Shown: positions 1 to 14,324, counted from the stretch's first letter. The stretch: 64,000 nucleotides of DNA from Camelus ferus (GCF_009834535.1 NC_045697.1:100318001-100382000), one strand, 5' to 3'. The notes: generated by a model not told the origin, from the letters alone. Program-made: numbers and translations.

Positions 1-2271
1 AGCAGGAAGAGGTCCAATAATCAAAATTAAAAGATTACTGTTTAATTTCAAAGGGCATCTGGCATGGAGCTCATGAGAGGGGAGAAGGTGGACACATTTT
101 GAAGTAAATTTCCCCCTATACTCAGCAATATTCTCATCTTCCTTTGAGTGATCTATTCAGATTTGGATCTACTTCACCTAAGTTATTAAATTTAAGTTTC
201 TAGGTGTTGATTATTCTACCCATTTCCCCCTTTTAGATCTAACCTTCATTTTGTTGCGTTATTTGTTATTTGTTTCTTTTTGCCATTTGTAAAGGTAATT
301 AGAGTTCTGGTACTTTTACAAGAACTATTTAGCTTATCACAGTCATGAGTCATTTAACACATTTTCCTAATCTCTGTGACCCTCAAAGGTCCTCAACTCC
401 TAAAATTCCATGATTCCATAATTTCTAATTTGTGCTGTAGTCTAGAAATCCCAAGAAGATAAAATAGAGGAGATGAATGAATTTGTTCAGAAAAGCATTA
501 TAGAAATAAGAATCCCAACATTAATATTTATTTTGCACTAAACTAAACATGAATCTAGATTTAGCGATGGTTCACAGCTCATATAATTAAGCTAATATTA
601 CAGAACTAAGGAATCTTGAGTCTGCAAATGAAAAGAAATGAAGTTACTGAATTAAATTTAGAGTTAATGAGCCTTTTCAGGCTTCGTCGTGTTAAACAAT
701 ATATCCCATTATTATAAATATTTGGAACTGTTATAAGTCAGATGATAAACAATACATTGATGAACACACTTAGGATCAAGTATTTGTAATTTCTCAGTTA
801 TTTTGAGGAACTTTATCATATAAATGACATTTATTCCATGTCTTGGGGCACCTGTAGACGATTTTTTTTTATTGTGACATAAGTCACCATGTAATGCTTG
901 AATGGCTGAAGGTTGCCTCCAGATTATTAGAGCTGTCAGAATCCATTTTTACACAACAGATTGGAAAAAAAAAAGTAACTCCCTTAATTCAAAGCTGTTA
1001 TTTCTATCATTGTGATATAGTTCTTTCCCATTCCACTTAGGAAAGTGAAAGCAATAAAGATTTTTTTCTGTCTTTGTAAAGGAGAGTCTATGATTAAACA
1101 GTCAAAAATGACTCATTTTTCCTAAGATGAGGTTATCACTTTCATTCTGATTTCCAAAAGTGTACATCCAGTCTAGTGGGAGTCCGGGGTAGGCTTCCAT
1201 ACAAGGATACTAAAACAGTCAGTAAATAATCTCACTTTGGAAATGGTCGCACAAAGCAAGTCGCCTCATGTGTCAACTTGCTTCAGAGTGTTCCAGAGAA
1301 TAATCGAACATTTGCTGTTGCTCAGACCTGATTGCTATGTGAGAGTGTCAACGGGACAGGAGTGCCTCCACTCTGACTCTCTCCACCCAGTTGAGTAAGT
1401 CCATGTCCAAGATAGAAAGCAGCAAAGCTATTTGTAGTCCATAACACTTATTACTGGATATTATGTACTAACCACTGGGCTAGAAGCTGAGAATACAAAG
1501 AATAAGACATGACCCTTCTTCAAGAAAAAAAACAGTTTTCTGGAGGAACATAAGAGCAAAAATATAATTTCAATCTGGTTGTGTAAACACTATGATAAGT
1601 ACACACACAGTCCATGTAGGGAAGCAAGGAGGAAGAGCCTCCAACACAAGCCTGCAGAGGCTGCTACGTGGAGGGCAGGCTGACAGGAGGAAGACTCCTC
1701 CTTCCTCCCAGCCCATCTAGTGTGGTCCTGGGGGAGGGGTGTTCCCACGAAGTAGCAGAACCAGGACTCAACCCTAGATCTTCTTCTATTTTGAAGTGCT
1801 CTTGCCACCAACAATGATGTCTCTTGAGATTCTCTTCCTTGTGGTGACCTATATGAAGATTGACCCTTATAGTGGAATCCCCTTATGGATGAATCCAGTA
1901 AAATGTGTTTGGGGAGATGGGTGGGATGGGGTGGAGGCAATAGGAGTTCCCACCGCTTGCCAGTGAGTAGCAGGCTGTGAGAGACTTGAATCTTCTCTTC
2001 CTTCAATTAATCTGTTTCCATGCACCCCTCAGGGCTGCTTTAAGACATTCTCTGAGCACAGGGTTAGGTGCTGACTTTCAGGATCTACTCCACCTTAAAT
2101 CAAACTTGCTAAATTGTATCCACATCCTATATTAAATACAATTTACACATAACTGTAAAAAAAACTGAACTGAATTGCACTTGACTGGATGACATCAAGT
2201 TTTATATTGCTGCTATAATGGTCTTCAACAATTCCCTTTTCTTACCGAGCATTCAATTTTGGAGTGGTTTC

Positions 2272-3060
2272 TGTGGCAGAACGCTAGCTGACTCCAGTGT
2301 CCATTTCCACATTCTTCAATAATAAAATGATTGTCATCTGGGCACATGCAGCCCAGCATAAAGTGGCTTTTTCTACCCTCTCTGGCAGCGAGCTGTGGCC
2401 ATCTGACTAAATCCCGGGCACAAGAATTTCCATGGAAGTGTCTGAGACAGCTCCTGGTTCCCTTCTGTAAGAAACAGCTAGCCTATACTGTTTGAGCATC
2501 TCCTTCTGTGTCCCTTTCCCCAACCCCTTGTCTGTAATGCAGATTATGCCATCTAGAACACAAGTTCGGGACCAAGCACAACAGAGCAACAAGATGTAGA
2601 GATCCAAGTGTCATTACTGTGGAGTGTCATAAAAGCTCTTATCTCCCTTCTTTGCTTAAAAGAGAAATACATTTCGTTTAAGCCACTCTTATTTTGAGAC
2701 TTTCTGTTACTTGCAACTGGTCTTAACCCTAGAATCACGAGTGAACTGCAGAAAGTTGCAGAGCAGAGCATGGGCTACTGACTTGGTGGAGTGGTGAGGT
2801 GGCAAGGAATCGGACAGTATTGGCTGGAAAGTTCATGACCCATATGTGGCTCAGGGGTCCCTATCGTATCCTGAAAGCAGCCTGTAAGCTGAAAGAGGCT
2901 GTAGATTTGGGGCGGGGGGAGAGAAAATGGAGAATGTTGATGGCTGCCTTTTCTGTCTTCTTACTGCAGCAAAATCCCGCACCAGAGAGACAAATCCAGA
3001 CCAGAGGATCTGGGACTAAATCTCGAAGATAAAACAGCTCCACTAAGGACAACCTTTTCA
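2272..3060 (+). mobile_element. Old MaLR (MLT1-type) LTR plus adjacent internal fragment
   Basis: TGTGGCAG start and MLT1-like motifs (TGTGGCCATCTGACTAAAT...GGAAGTG) recalled from consensus. Confidence 0.55.
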
Positions 3061-4342
3061 GCCTGAAGTCTGTCATCTAAGTTGTCTCAGTGGCTACCTG
3101 GGGCCCTATAAGAGAAAAAAAAGAAACTTTTTATACCCCTAAATGGAGTAGTTATAAGCAATATTTCTGAAATGGAGCTTTAGCAAGAGGGAGCGCTGTA
3201 GCCCCAAATCCTTTTCAATCACCTGATAAGAGTTTTCTTGAGTGAAAACAGAGTCTTCAGGCAGTAAAGTTTAGTGTGGAGTCAGATTGCTGGGACTGAA
3301 TATATTAGCTGTGCGACCCTAGGAAATGGCTTAATCTCTCCACGCAGCAGAATTGATTGGGTCCCTATTATTTTGCCAAGTACTGTTCTTGGGCTGGGCT
3401 GGGGACAACATGGCAAAAAGAGGACAAAAAAGTTTCTGCTTTCATGGGTCTTGAGTCCCAGTGAGAGGAGAGAGATCATTATCAAGTAAATAAATTACCA
3501 AGTAAAGAAACCACCAAGAATCCATTAACAAGATAATTTCAGATAGTAGAAAGTGGTAAGAAACTAAAGTAGAGTGAAAGAGAGTGTGTTACCAGTAGTT
3601 ATAATATCCAAGAAAAACTCAGAGTCTACATTATTTCTACGATCCTTTGGCATTAATCACTGCTGGAGTTTAAGAGTGCCTACCATATGGAAACTCTGTT
3701 CCCCGCTAGAACTCGGTACCAGCTGAGAGATCGAGCAAAGGAGTCAAGGCGATCCCACTCAGCATGTCAGTTCTATTACTGGGAGAGCTATTTTGAGTAC
3801 TTGGCTTGGTCCATTCAAAAATGGACTTTGGAATACCGAACCTCAGAATTAGACTAACTTTCCCACTCAGTCATTGGGAGAACTGCTTTGTTTACATTTA
3901 CTCACAAACTACAGTTTTAACACTCAATTTAACAGTAAAGCACAGAGCAAGTAGATAGCTGATGAAAAAGGACCTTCATCACACAAGACTATGGTTAGAT
4001 TTTTAGCATCTTCAAGGAATCTATTTTATAACTATTTCCTCACCTTTTATTCTGATAACAAGCAGAATAGCTCATTCAGTGCCTTGTATTATTAAGATTT
4101 TATGTCGCTAGCTCAGAACTACTTAGCCTTTCAAGTGTTCTCTACTAAACATGCTCACATCTGCTGGTTTCATCTGAAGTCAAGGATTAATAAAAAAATT
4201 CAAGATATGAAAAATTTAATTCCACAATATCTTCAGTAAAAATACATAGTTATATCTGAAATTAAGAATATCACAAAAGAGAAAGTATCCTGGACTTACA
4301 TAGTGCACAATCCTGTAAACAGGATTATTACAAGGCTCTCTT

Positions 4343-4620
4343 TTTTATTTATGTAATTTTTGTACATATTTAATTTTTATTGAAGTATAGTCAATTTACA
4401 ATGTTGTGTTAATTTCTGGTGTACAGCATAGTGATTCAGTTATATATATATATTTCTTTTCATATTCTTTTTCATTACAGGCCATTGCAAGGTATTGTAT
4501 ATGGTTCCCTGTGCTATATAGTAGGACCTTGTTATTTACCTATTCTCTATACAATAGCTAGTATCTGCAAATCCTAAACTCCCAAATTATGGTTGCCCCA
4601 GGGTAGGGGGTGAAGGGATA
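4343..4620 (-). mobile_element. 5'-truncated L1 3' end with a short 5' inversion
   Basis: Poly-T followed by TTGAAGTATAGTCAATTTACAATGTTGTG; TSD CAA(G/T)GCTCTCTT at 4331-4342 and 4621-4632. Confidence 0.88.
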
Positions 4621-5532
4621 CAATGCTCTCTTAAAATGTGTTTCTAATTCTCTGCAGTTAATCCACTGTAGAGATGGGAAAATCCAGTCTTGGCTCTTTG
4701 CTGATCCATTCTGATGCGCCCTACATCCAGGTCCATGTTTCTACTGAGGATAGTAGGGTCTGGCCACATGGGAGATTTACAGAGCAGGTACACTGGTGTG
4801 GGCATGTAACCTTAAGCTCAACCTCCTCCCCACCCATGATACAGCTTCAAATGTGTATTAAAATCAGGGCAGAAACTATGGCATAGGGCATTGCACTGTC
4901 CTGGAATGTCAAACTCTCCTAAAAAGCCAATTTTTCTTTAAGAGAATTTCTGCAATCTAGATGCATGCCCTGACATTCTCTTTCTTGGGTCTGTTATTTC
5001 TCACACTCAGTTCTTGTTCTGTTTTCTTTGACATTGTAGAAGAAAATTAATGGAACAGAATAAATTAAGAGCCTCGGTGCTTTATCATCTCAACTGTTTG
5101 GCAAATCTAACTGATAACTTGGGGAGATCAGGAGGGGCCTGCTGATAATTCCTTTAAAGCAAAGGGCTTTTTGTTCGTTTATTTTTGTTTACTTTTATGT
5201 TCTGTTTATCATAAAGAATCCCACACTGTTATGGTGCTGCATAAATAAGAAATAAAGAGAAGATATGATAAGTAAAGGTTTAGGGGGAAATCACAATGTA
5301 GACTTTCAAATTAAACTGCAATATTTTGTCCCCAAATATCTATAGAACTGACAAATCTGGTCATTTGATTAGAAGGAAGTAAACTAAAAATCTTTAGGTT
5401 TCATTAATTCTCGAGTTTTTAACACATTAAAAAGAGGGTTGTAGAAATTCTTTTTGTGGAGGTGTCTGAAACGGAATTTTATTTGAGGAGAATTAAGGCT
5501 GAACCTTAGAATATTTTCTCAGAGTCTGTTGT

Positions 5533-5538
<6 letters not shown>

Positions 5539-5572
<34 letters not shown>

Positions 5573-5580
5573 TGTGTGTG
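5539..5580. repeat. (TG)n microsatellite
   Basis: Directly visible. Confidence 0.97.
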
Positions 5581-6769
5581 AGGGGGAGGGGCATAAGTGA
5601 GCCCATGTACATGCTATTTTCTCCAGAGCTGAACTCACAGTGCCAACATATTGGAGGGTTTTCTATCGTAATTTGAGATTCAAAGCTGTATCAAGGTTAA
5701 AAACGCTAATTTCTTAAATGAGTAGTAAAAGATCAATCTTTGTATTTCAGATTCAAAGAAGTTAATTTTCTCTTACATTCTCTTTATGTTTTTCTTCCAT
5801 GTGAGAAATGTGTCAGAAAGGACAAGTTCTTGGGGAATTTTAGGGCAAAAGAGCGGAGCCACTTCTCGACTGCTTCAAATTATCAGCAGAGAGGCCCCCT
5901 TGTCATTCACCTACCATCTTTAGCCTAAAGAAGATGAGTTCCTGGCCCTGAGAGGGGGAAGGGGAGGGTGCAGATGGCAAGAGAACGGTGGTGCAGACAA
6001 AGCTTTGAACTTGAACTGATAAAAGCCAGGGCAGGTTGCATTCATGTGGATGTTAGTTGCGGTTCTCCAACTGTTTCTTAGCTTCAAGTTTAATTTTTTT
6101 TTCAAATTCAATTAGATATTTTTGCAGACCAAAGTATTCCTGCCAAGTTGAGTATTCCTATCTAGAATGCTGTCCCTGCTCTTCCTCTGACTAACACCTA
6201 GTCATTTTCCAGGTTCAATGCCACTTCCTCCAGGAAACCTTATTTTTCCTCTAAATTAGTACCTTCGAAATTTTTTTTCTCCCTTTGCACCATGTTCCTT
6301 TCTTTCAGAGGAATATATGTATAGAAATCCACATCCATGTACAGGAAGGTGATGGATAATTACATATTAAGATCTCTTATATGATAAAAGTCTCTCTTCC
6401 ATATGGGACCATACCCTGCAGCAGGACAGGCACCATATCTGGACTGTGCGGCACCAGATGGCAGACAGCCAATCCATATTTCCTCAGAGAATAAATCAGT
6501 AAATATTGCCTCACTTTCTCACATTGGAATTTGCGACGTTCTCTGTCTCCATTTCTAATTAAACTTTGATCAGCATTATTTCTCACCAGTTTACATGACG
6601 AATTTCATAGCTCTTCCTTCATTGCCAAGGGGATGTAATGTTTAAAGGAGTTCAAGAGTGATACGTTTTGCAAAGAAAAGAGTCATTTGACTGTATAAAT
6701 ATCCCATACACTTTTCAAGGTGAAATTTATTTTCTCACAAATACTGCCTTGTTTATGGGGTTTTCTCTG

Positions 6770-7600
6770 CTAGGACCGTGTCCTTTCGCAACTGTTTAAA
6801 GCCGCTCGTATTTCAGTAAAGGACGCTTTCACCTTCCGCCACCCCCACAACACAATTTGATGGGATTTGGGGAGATTTGTTTCCTTTTTGCTTGAGGATG
6901 GCCGCAGGCAGTGGCTGTGTCCTTGTCACCTCTAAAGGCGCGGTAGCTGACGGCCGGAGCTCTCTAGCTGCTGTCCCATCCTTATGCCGCGTGAAGCCCC
7001 GGGAGAAAGAGGAGGCAGATTAATTAGTACTAATTACTCCTGAGCCGGAAAATCTCCACTTGGTATGACAAAGCACAAGGAAATCCCGTACCCGGCGTGC
7101 TCAACTGGCCAGATAGTCGGGGCCGCACAGCTCAGAGGCGAGCTCTGTTGCTCCTTCCTGGGAACCGAAGCCCGGCCGCGCCAGCAAAGCAGAACACCTT
7201 GCCTGGGCCTCGCTGTCACCTCTGCGGCCATCCAGTTTGTCTTTCCCCTTTAATTCACAGGTATCTCGGATCATTGCGTGTCTATTTAGAATGCACTGCG
7301 CTCTAAATAACAAGCCGTCTGACAGTTGTTTCCACAGGAGGAGACGGTTTTTCCCACGTCACACGAAATCCGGACGTTGGCTGTTGCTGACCTTCTTCCA
7401 GCGGCTCACCAAGTCCGGACTTTGGGCTGGGTCCCTGCGATGTCACGGTCCCATCCACACGGCTGTCAGAGGACCGAGGTGGCTCCCAGCAGCCTCTGCC
7501 CTCACCCCCAGGTTCAGGGCCGAGCGGCGGGGCGGGGAGGGGGCGCTGAGAGCTCACCCCCACTCTCTCGGCCGGGGAGGGAGAAACCTCCTCAGCAGCC
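6770..7600. promoter_or_regulatory. Orphan CpG-rich region, candidate promoter or enhancer
   Basis: Many CpGs and a GC box (GGGGCGGGG at about 7529) in an otherwise AT-rich, CpG-poor background. Confidence 0.55.
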
Positions 7601-7700
7601 TCCCCCCTTCCATCTCACTGGCCAGAACTGGGTTATAAGACTGCTCCAGTTGGAAAAAAATGAGTAATCGGTTGTCCCTTACAGTGAGTGACAGAAAACG
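7290..7700. mobile_element. MLT1J/L-like MaLR LTR remnant
   Basis: Motifs CCAGCGGCTCA, GGTGGCTCCCAGCAGC and TCTCACTGGCCAGAACTGGGT typical of MLT1J-L. Confidence 0.6.
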
Positions 7701-7752
7701 GAGAAGGGGGATTGGAAATAGTTTCTGAATAGGTGTAAGAAAGTCCACAATG

Positions 7753-7917
7753 AGAGGGAGGGTATATAGCTCAGGGGTAGTGTGTGCTTAGCAGGCAGGA
7801 GGTCCTGGGCTCAATGCCCAGCTCTTCTATCAAAAATAAAATTAAAATAAAATAAATAAACATAACGATCCCTCTACCTTCCACGCCCAATTTTTAAAAA
7901 TTAAAAAAAAAAAAAAA
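7753..7917 (+). mobile_element. tRNA-derived SINE (Vic-1-like)
   Basis: A box TAGCTCAGGGG, B-box-like GGGCTCAATGCC, A-rich tail; TSD TCCACAATG at 7744-7752 and 7918-7926. Confidence 0.88.
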
Positions 7918-10900
7918 TCCACAATGGATCCTGGGACTCTGCTGTCTTACAGTGTCCTTCGTTCTCTGTTTGGTGCCATACCTCCCATTTGAACTTTCCC
8001 TAAAAAGATTCAGCACAGAATCGGCAAATCGCGCATTTGTACGGTAGATTAAGCGTATCAGCAGAGCACATACTATTTTTTTTAAAGATTATTTTCTTCT
8101 TTTTCTTTTCAAATACCCCCCCCCCCCCGCCCCGCAACTAGGGTGTTATTTTTTTATTCTTTTTTCTGTGGACTTTTCTCAAGTACTGCAATTCCCAAGG
8201 TAATAAATGTAGAAGTTTATATCAGGTTGCTATAAATTCATTATTTCTATAAATAAGGTAAGGTCCGTAATTTCATGGTTTGGGATATTCAAGAGAACAC
8301 TATGGTGAACTTCTCTATATTTACTGTTTTTTGAAAAGGTAATATGAGATAGAAGTGCCCCTCACCCACTCAGCCTTTCTAAAGTACACAATTTTACCAA
8401 TTTAACCAAAATCTTTTCATGCTAGAGATGTTATCATGTACTAGTAACTAACCACTCGATGACATCCTCTTGGGTATTCAACTATTAGCACATGATCTGT
8501 CACTGAATTTCTACCTGTGGTATCTTAAGTCACTGGGTGCCCCTGAAGGGCAGGTGGATTCACATTCCATTTCACCAAGAATGAAAAGGAAAAGTGACAA
8601 ATGTCTTTGGCAATTGTCAGTACTTCAGCGTGTGAGGCTCTAAAGTTGCCTATAAACTTTCACATGAAAGAAGGAAAACAGAATCTGCATAATCTTCCTA
8701 TAATTGTGATTAGGTGCCAAAATTGAGTGACCTGAACAATTTAATTTTTTCATCTGTATATAACTAATAATAAATGAATTCTGCAAGCTTAACCATTTTT
8801 TTTGAAATTCATCTATTTGATAGTCTTGATTTGACCTCTTTATAAATACCCTGCGGCTCTGCTTTTTGTTTGTTTCTTTGACTGGAGACCGGCAACCACT
8901 CATGCACGGTTCTTACTGACTCAATGACGCTTTCTCTTTTGCATACAAATGTTCTCTCTAATTTTTTTTTTTTTTTTTTTTTTGCTGTCATCAAATGTCC
9001 ATGTGACGTGATCTACAAATATGAAGACCATGCTCATCCAAAGAGAATTCAGTGTTTAAATAAAAGATGGAGCAAAGTTAATCTGGCATATATTTAATGA
9101 TGTGTATAATTGTGATTGTGCTGCATGGTAATTGGGCATAAGTGGTACGTTACTCATGTCATAGCAATGGGGGCTATATTTATACAGACAGACCCAGCAT
9201 TTTTATAATCAGCAGTGAGAAGCGGTTGAAAGTGGAAAGAGTGAGAATGGGGAGGTAGTCTGTGGAAAGCCTCCACCTGATCATAAGAAGACTGAATATT
9301 GACCTGTTCTCTCCTAGATCTATTAGAGCTGACCCTAAGGAAAGGTACCTAGCATCTCAGAGTCTTTCCTATATTGACTTCTCCAGGATTTAGCTGGATC
9401 TGAATGTCAATCTACACATGGGCTTCTTAAGCACTTAGATGCAGGTCCCTGTGTTGATTGTTTTGGAAAGAAAAGAAATTGACTAAAGGACTGAAGTGTC
9501 CAACAACTTGTTTATTGGACCGGGTCTCATCTTACCTGAGACAGCTAAAATTCTGCCTTCCCTCCACCAGATTGACCCCCACTCCACTCTGTACTGCTGC
9601 AGAGATGCAAGGCACTCTGCTTCCAGAATCCTACATGTGAAGAGCAGCCAAGTTCTCTACTTCAGCCTTCCCATAGGCTTATCTATTACATTTCCCTCAA
9701 CTCAGAGTAATGTCTGAAGAAGACAGATTTAGACACACATCCCATCCCTTGCCTCTCCTCCCTCAAGCCCCTTCTTAAAAGAGTGTAGTAAACTACAATC
9801 CCTTGATGCTGAAAGAAGCTAATTTTTGTTTCTCTTTTCGATTCTCCCAGGAACTCCCTTGAATACCCTTGGGCCAGGAAAGGAGGGCTTTGGGCTCCTA
9901 ATACCTTAGCCATACTGGAGGACGGGGAGTGGTGGAGAAAGATGAGTTGGCCAATAAATAAGTCTAAGCTGGAAGGTATTTAAAAAATATTCTACCTAGT
10001 TACAGTCCCCCTCTAATAAGACTTCTCCACTCTCACAGGATATTTACTCTTATTTAGGGATCACCTCTCCCTTTTCTCAAAGCACAAGAGCTAAATCTTT
10101 GCTTTGAATCTACTTTCTGATTTGACCCAGCCCCTAGGTCTTCCGAGGGTGGCTGGGTGATCCTGGGGATTGGTCATGTACTTTGCCTAGGGACAGATCT
10201 TAGACCCAAGGAAACTGAGTTCCCAATACTGGCCCTCAGGGACCCTGGCCAGGTGGGCAAGGAGAGCTTCCACTGAACAAAGGTGAGTCTCAGGGAATTT
10301 TGCTTAGCTGAGGGTGAGATGTAGCCCCTGCTCAAAGACAGCAGGCTACATGGGGTGCCATCTCCAAACCTGAATTCATCTCCATGTTCTCTTTGGCCTT
10401 GATTCTGTGACTCAGAAGGGAAAAGAATGACTGCTGAGTTCACCTCCTGGAGACCAGAATGCCCCTGCTCTCTGTCTTTGTGGACTTCTCCAGCCAACCT
10501 TTGCTTCATGTTTGTCAGCTCTGGAAAACTTCCTGGGGTAAATATAGATATGGAGTCAGATCTCTTTCTCCAAATCATAATTTTTGAAATACGCCCTAGG
10601 CCCAAGTTATTGGAACAAGGCTTCCTTTTCTTGAAAGAGGCTCAGTCTTTTCAAAGAGAACAAGCCTTGCTTCCCCTCCCCTTCCTTTCTTTAAACTGCG
10701 GATTGTCTATAGTTGCCTGTATACATAATTTTCTTCATTATTCCTGGCCTCAAGATGCTTCAACTCTCAAATTCTCCCCTGGGCAATTGTTACCTATCAG
10801 CAGTGCAAATATGTGCTTCCCGCAGGGTCTTAAGGATTCCCAAGGGCCCCTTCATGCAGCAAACTTGCAGATTTTTATTCACTCAGATGTGGAAAGAAAA

Positions 10901-11889
10901 CGTAGCTTATTTAATTTGGCAATAAGTGGTCAGCTTTTTTCTCATAAGCCTAAACTTTGTACGATGCAATCATTTAAACAGCCCTTTTAGATGGTACTCA
11001 CATCTAAAACAAAATTTTAAAAAATGCACATTTCCATATATTTCCATATAGCTCCTGTGCAAGAGGGCATTTGTGTGTTTGATGGGGTGATATAGCTTGA
11101 CAAGTGAGAGGAGATGTCATGCTTGCACCCTTAGGTGCGTTATAAATAATAAATACGGTAGCGATAAATACAACACTTACAATACACATATATAATACTT
11201 TATATCAAACAGTGACATACAAAAGCTTTATCTATGTCTATCTATGTAATTATACATCCACGTTTCCCACCCATCCATCCACATAGACAATGTTTTATAT
11301 TGTTTATAAAGCAAGTAAAGAATGTCTTGGCAGGGGATGCTCCCTGGCCTTGCACCCACCGAGGGCTAACACACCATTTAGGTGTGTGCTCCTGCACCCT
11401 GAGACTGGTATATGCTGGCCTGTTTTTTTAATCAGTGTGGGCAGGCCTAACCATCTTTCCAGCTGCCTTGGCCCTGCCTTGGTTCTCACCTTTTTGTAGA
11501 CTCTCTTGCCTCCACCTGCTCCTACATCCCATCCCCAGATCCCTATGAACCAGACAAGCACCAGTTGGGCTGTTTCCTTCTTTTCTAGACAAGATTTCTG
11601 TGACTCCATAATTGCTTTCTCTACTGGGGAAGCAGTGATTTAAATCCTAAATGCTTGATTCTTGGTTTCCTGAAGGATTTAGAAAATACTAGCTGTCTTC
11701 AATCCTATTGCCTTACTGCAAAAACTCTTATTTTGAACGTGAGAAAATGAAAGTGAATTCCTTAGTTCTCTCTCCGTTTCTAATGTAATAACCTTAATGT
11801 CTTCTCCCTACTCCCAGCAGGCAGTTGGATGCCCGCGGCCAGCTAGGGAGAAAGTCATGTACACAGAAACACAAGAGAGGAAAACACAT

Positions 11890-12240
11890 TAATAATTTTC
11901 AGGCTAATTACTTGAGTACCCAGAGTGTTCGATAGTGAGTAAAACTGAGCCATCTCGGCTTCATGGAGGTTATAGTCTGGTAAGAGAAACAGATAAGATA
12001 CAAACACACATATAATGCTAGTTCGTGGTTAGCACTTTGAAGGAAAACAGCTGGTAGAGAAAGTGACTGGTAGACAGTGCTAGGAAATGTAGGTTAGATG
12101 GGGCATCAGGGAAGTCCCCTCTGAGAAAGTGACACAGACCTGAGGATGAACAGATGTAGGTCAGGCAAAGCACAGGGGAAAGAGTGTTCCAGGCAGAAGG
12201 AGCAACCTATGAGATGGTCTAAGTTGAGAGGGGTGAGAAA
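11890..12240 (-). mobile_element. L2 3' fragment
   Basis: CATCAGGGAAGTCCCCTCTGAGAAAGTGAC...AGAGTGTTCCAGGCAGAAGG, typical of the L2 reverse strand. Confidence 0.7.
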
Positions 12241-12329
12241 GGCTGGCAAGGGCTTCCTTCCCATTCCACTCAGGGCCAGAAGCCAACGTCCTCCTCTCAC
12301 CCCGTGATTCCCCGTGACCTTTCTGATCT

Positions 12330-12822
12330 AATGCTATGGTATCCTTTTCTCCCTCTGAGCTCACCCCCTACTTCCTTCCTCTTTACTCTCTCTGGAATAG
12401 CCACATGTGCTCCCTTGCTGTTCCTCAAACACTCCAGGCAAGTTTCTACCTCAGGACCTTTGCACTTGCCACTCTCTGGCTGAAGCCTCTGCTGCCAGGT
12501 AGGGGCAGGGATCACTTCTCACATTCTTCCAGTTTGTACTCAAAAACATCTCCATAACACCTGCCAGGGCCACCTTATCTACAACTGCAGTTCCTCCTAC
12601 ATTTTATATCCCTCTCCCCCACTTTTAGTGTTCTTCTTAGCACTTAGCATTATCTAATGAACTACATATTTTATTCATCTATCTCATTTATTGTCTGTCC
12701 CCACCTAATGTAATTTATAAGGGTGGGGACTTTGGTCAGTTTTATTCACTACTGTATCTTAGCAATTAGAATAGTGCCTGGCATGTAGTAAGCATTCAAT
12801 GTTTATTGAATGAATAAATGAG
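12330..12822 (+). mobile_element. L2a 3' end
   Basis: CCTCAGGACCTTTGCACTTGC...TAGAATAGTGCCTGGCATGTAGTAAGC...TTGAATGAATAAATG. Confidence 0.85.
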
Positions 12823-14324
12823 TGGTTGACAGCACTGTTTGTTTTTTGGTGCACTTGGTTTGTTTTCTTCCCTGCCTCACGATGCTTGCTCTAATTCAGT
12901 CCCCTGTGCCTTTTTACCAATTTACCACTCTGCATCATCTCAGTCTGTTTGTTTCAGATTCCCCAACAATCTGAGACATCTCCTGGATTTTTAGCTGGTG
13001 ATTCAAATTTCGTTCCTTCCTTGATTATTTGTGGGGCACCTGTCTTCATGAGGTTAGATGTAAAGCAAGAATTTTTTCCCCCAAAGATTCTGTTTTGTGA
13101 CAAACACATCACCCCTGACTCCCTTCTGTCTCTACCTGAAAAAGGGCAGCTGTAACAGCAAAAGCCAGTCTGGCAGGGCACCCTATTGTTGAAGTCACCA
13201 AACGTGGCACAACAGAGTAGGATGTAGGAGCCAGAAACAAGAGATGACCCTGTCTGATGCAAATCTTGTGGAGGGAGGCAGAGATGACCGGGCAGTACCC
13301 CTAGAAGGAATTACTCCCTGGGAAAGGGCAGCAAGGTGAAGTCCCCAGCTGTAGATAAACACAACCTGGCCATCCAATTTCCCACTATTGTTTCACTTGC
13401 TCTTTACATGATAAGGAGGATGATCTTATTCTGAATTTGTTCTTAGATAAGTTAGAATGGTCACTGAGGAAGAATGGCTACATCTATGGAGGCTGTAAAA
13501 AGCAATGAAGCATGGCCATTCCAATTCCCATAAGCATGTGCTTTGACAAAACTTGACAGCTCACAGGACATGCCATTTGAAACACACATATTGTGTACTC
13601 TAAATTCCACACTTCCAATGTGGCGATGCCGGCAGAATGTTAACTGAAAACCTGACGGATACCCTTAGCTGGCACCGATGCCTTTCTGTAGGGGTCCCAA
13701 CGTATCACAACAACTCCCCTGAATGCAATTGGACATACAGTATTGTCCACATTCGAAATATTAAAAAACAGTTTAAAATATTCTGGGGAAAATTAATTTT
13801 TATTAACATATTACAGCTCATTAAATAGGATCAGAAACTATATATATAGTACTTAGCTATTCAGACATTACATTTTTTAGTTTATCTAATTTTGAAATCA
13901 TTTTCTTTCTCTTACTGACATTACATTTTAATGAACATACAGTATTTTCACACATAACTCAATCCTAATAGCTAATATGATCTTCAGAGTTTAGCTTGGA
14001 CCACATAGAATTCTTATCTAATATCTGTCAAGTGTTGTTCATAATAATTTTAAATTTTAGTGTAATTATAAATAGAGAATCTCAGGCTATTTTTAGGTCT
14101 ATTTGACAAAAACTACGGCCACCACACTGCCTATTACAGTATTACAAGCGGAAGTTCCTCCAGGGTAGGGGCAGAATCACGTCCATCCTGTTTCTGTTCA
14201 GACAAGGTAAGAGCACTGAGGGGAGCCTCACATGTGGGAGGTATTCAGCATGGGTGGAATTAACCAAAGAGCTGGCACGTCAGCCGACTGGCTTAGAGAA
14301 ACACAGTTCACATGAAAGGTGGCG

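Noticed and set aside
7205..7550. CTCF-like motifs (AGGGGGCGC; CCGCAGAGGTGAC on the minus strand)
   Set aside because: Only partial matches with wrong spacing; not supportable without a PWM scan or ChIP data.
10174..10990. Longest ORFs in the track (187 aa + and 143 aa -)
   Set aside because: No recognisable domain or supporting exon structure; consistent with chance ORFs.
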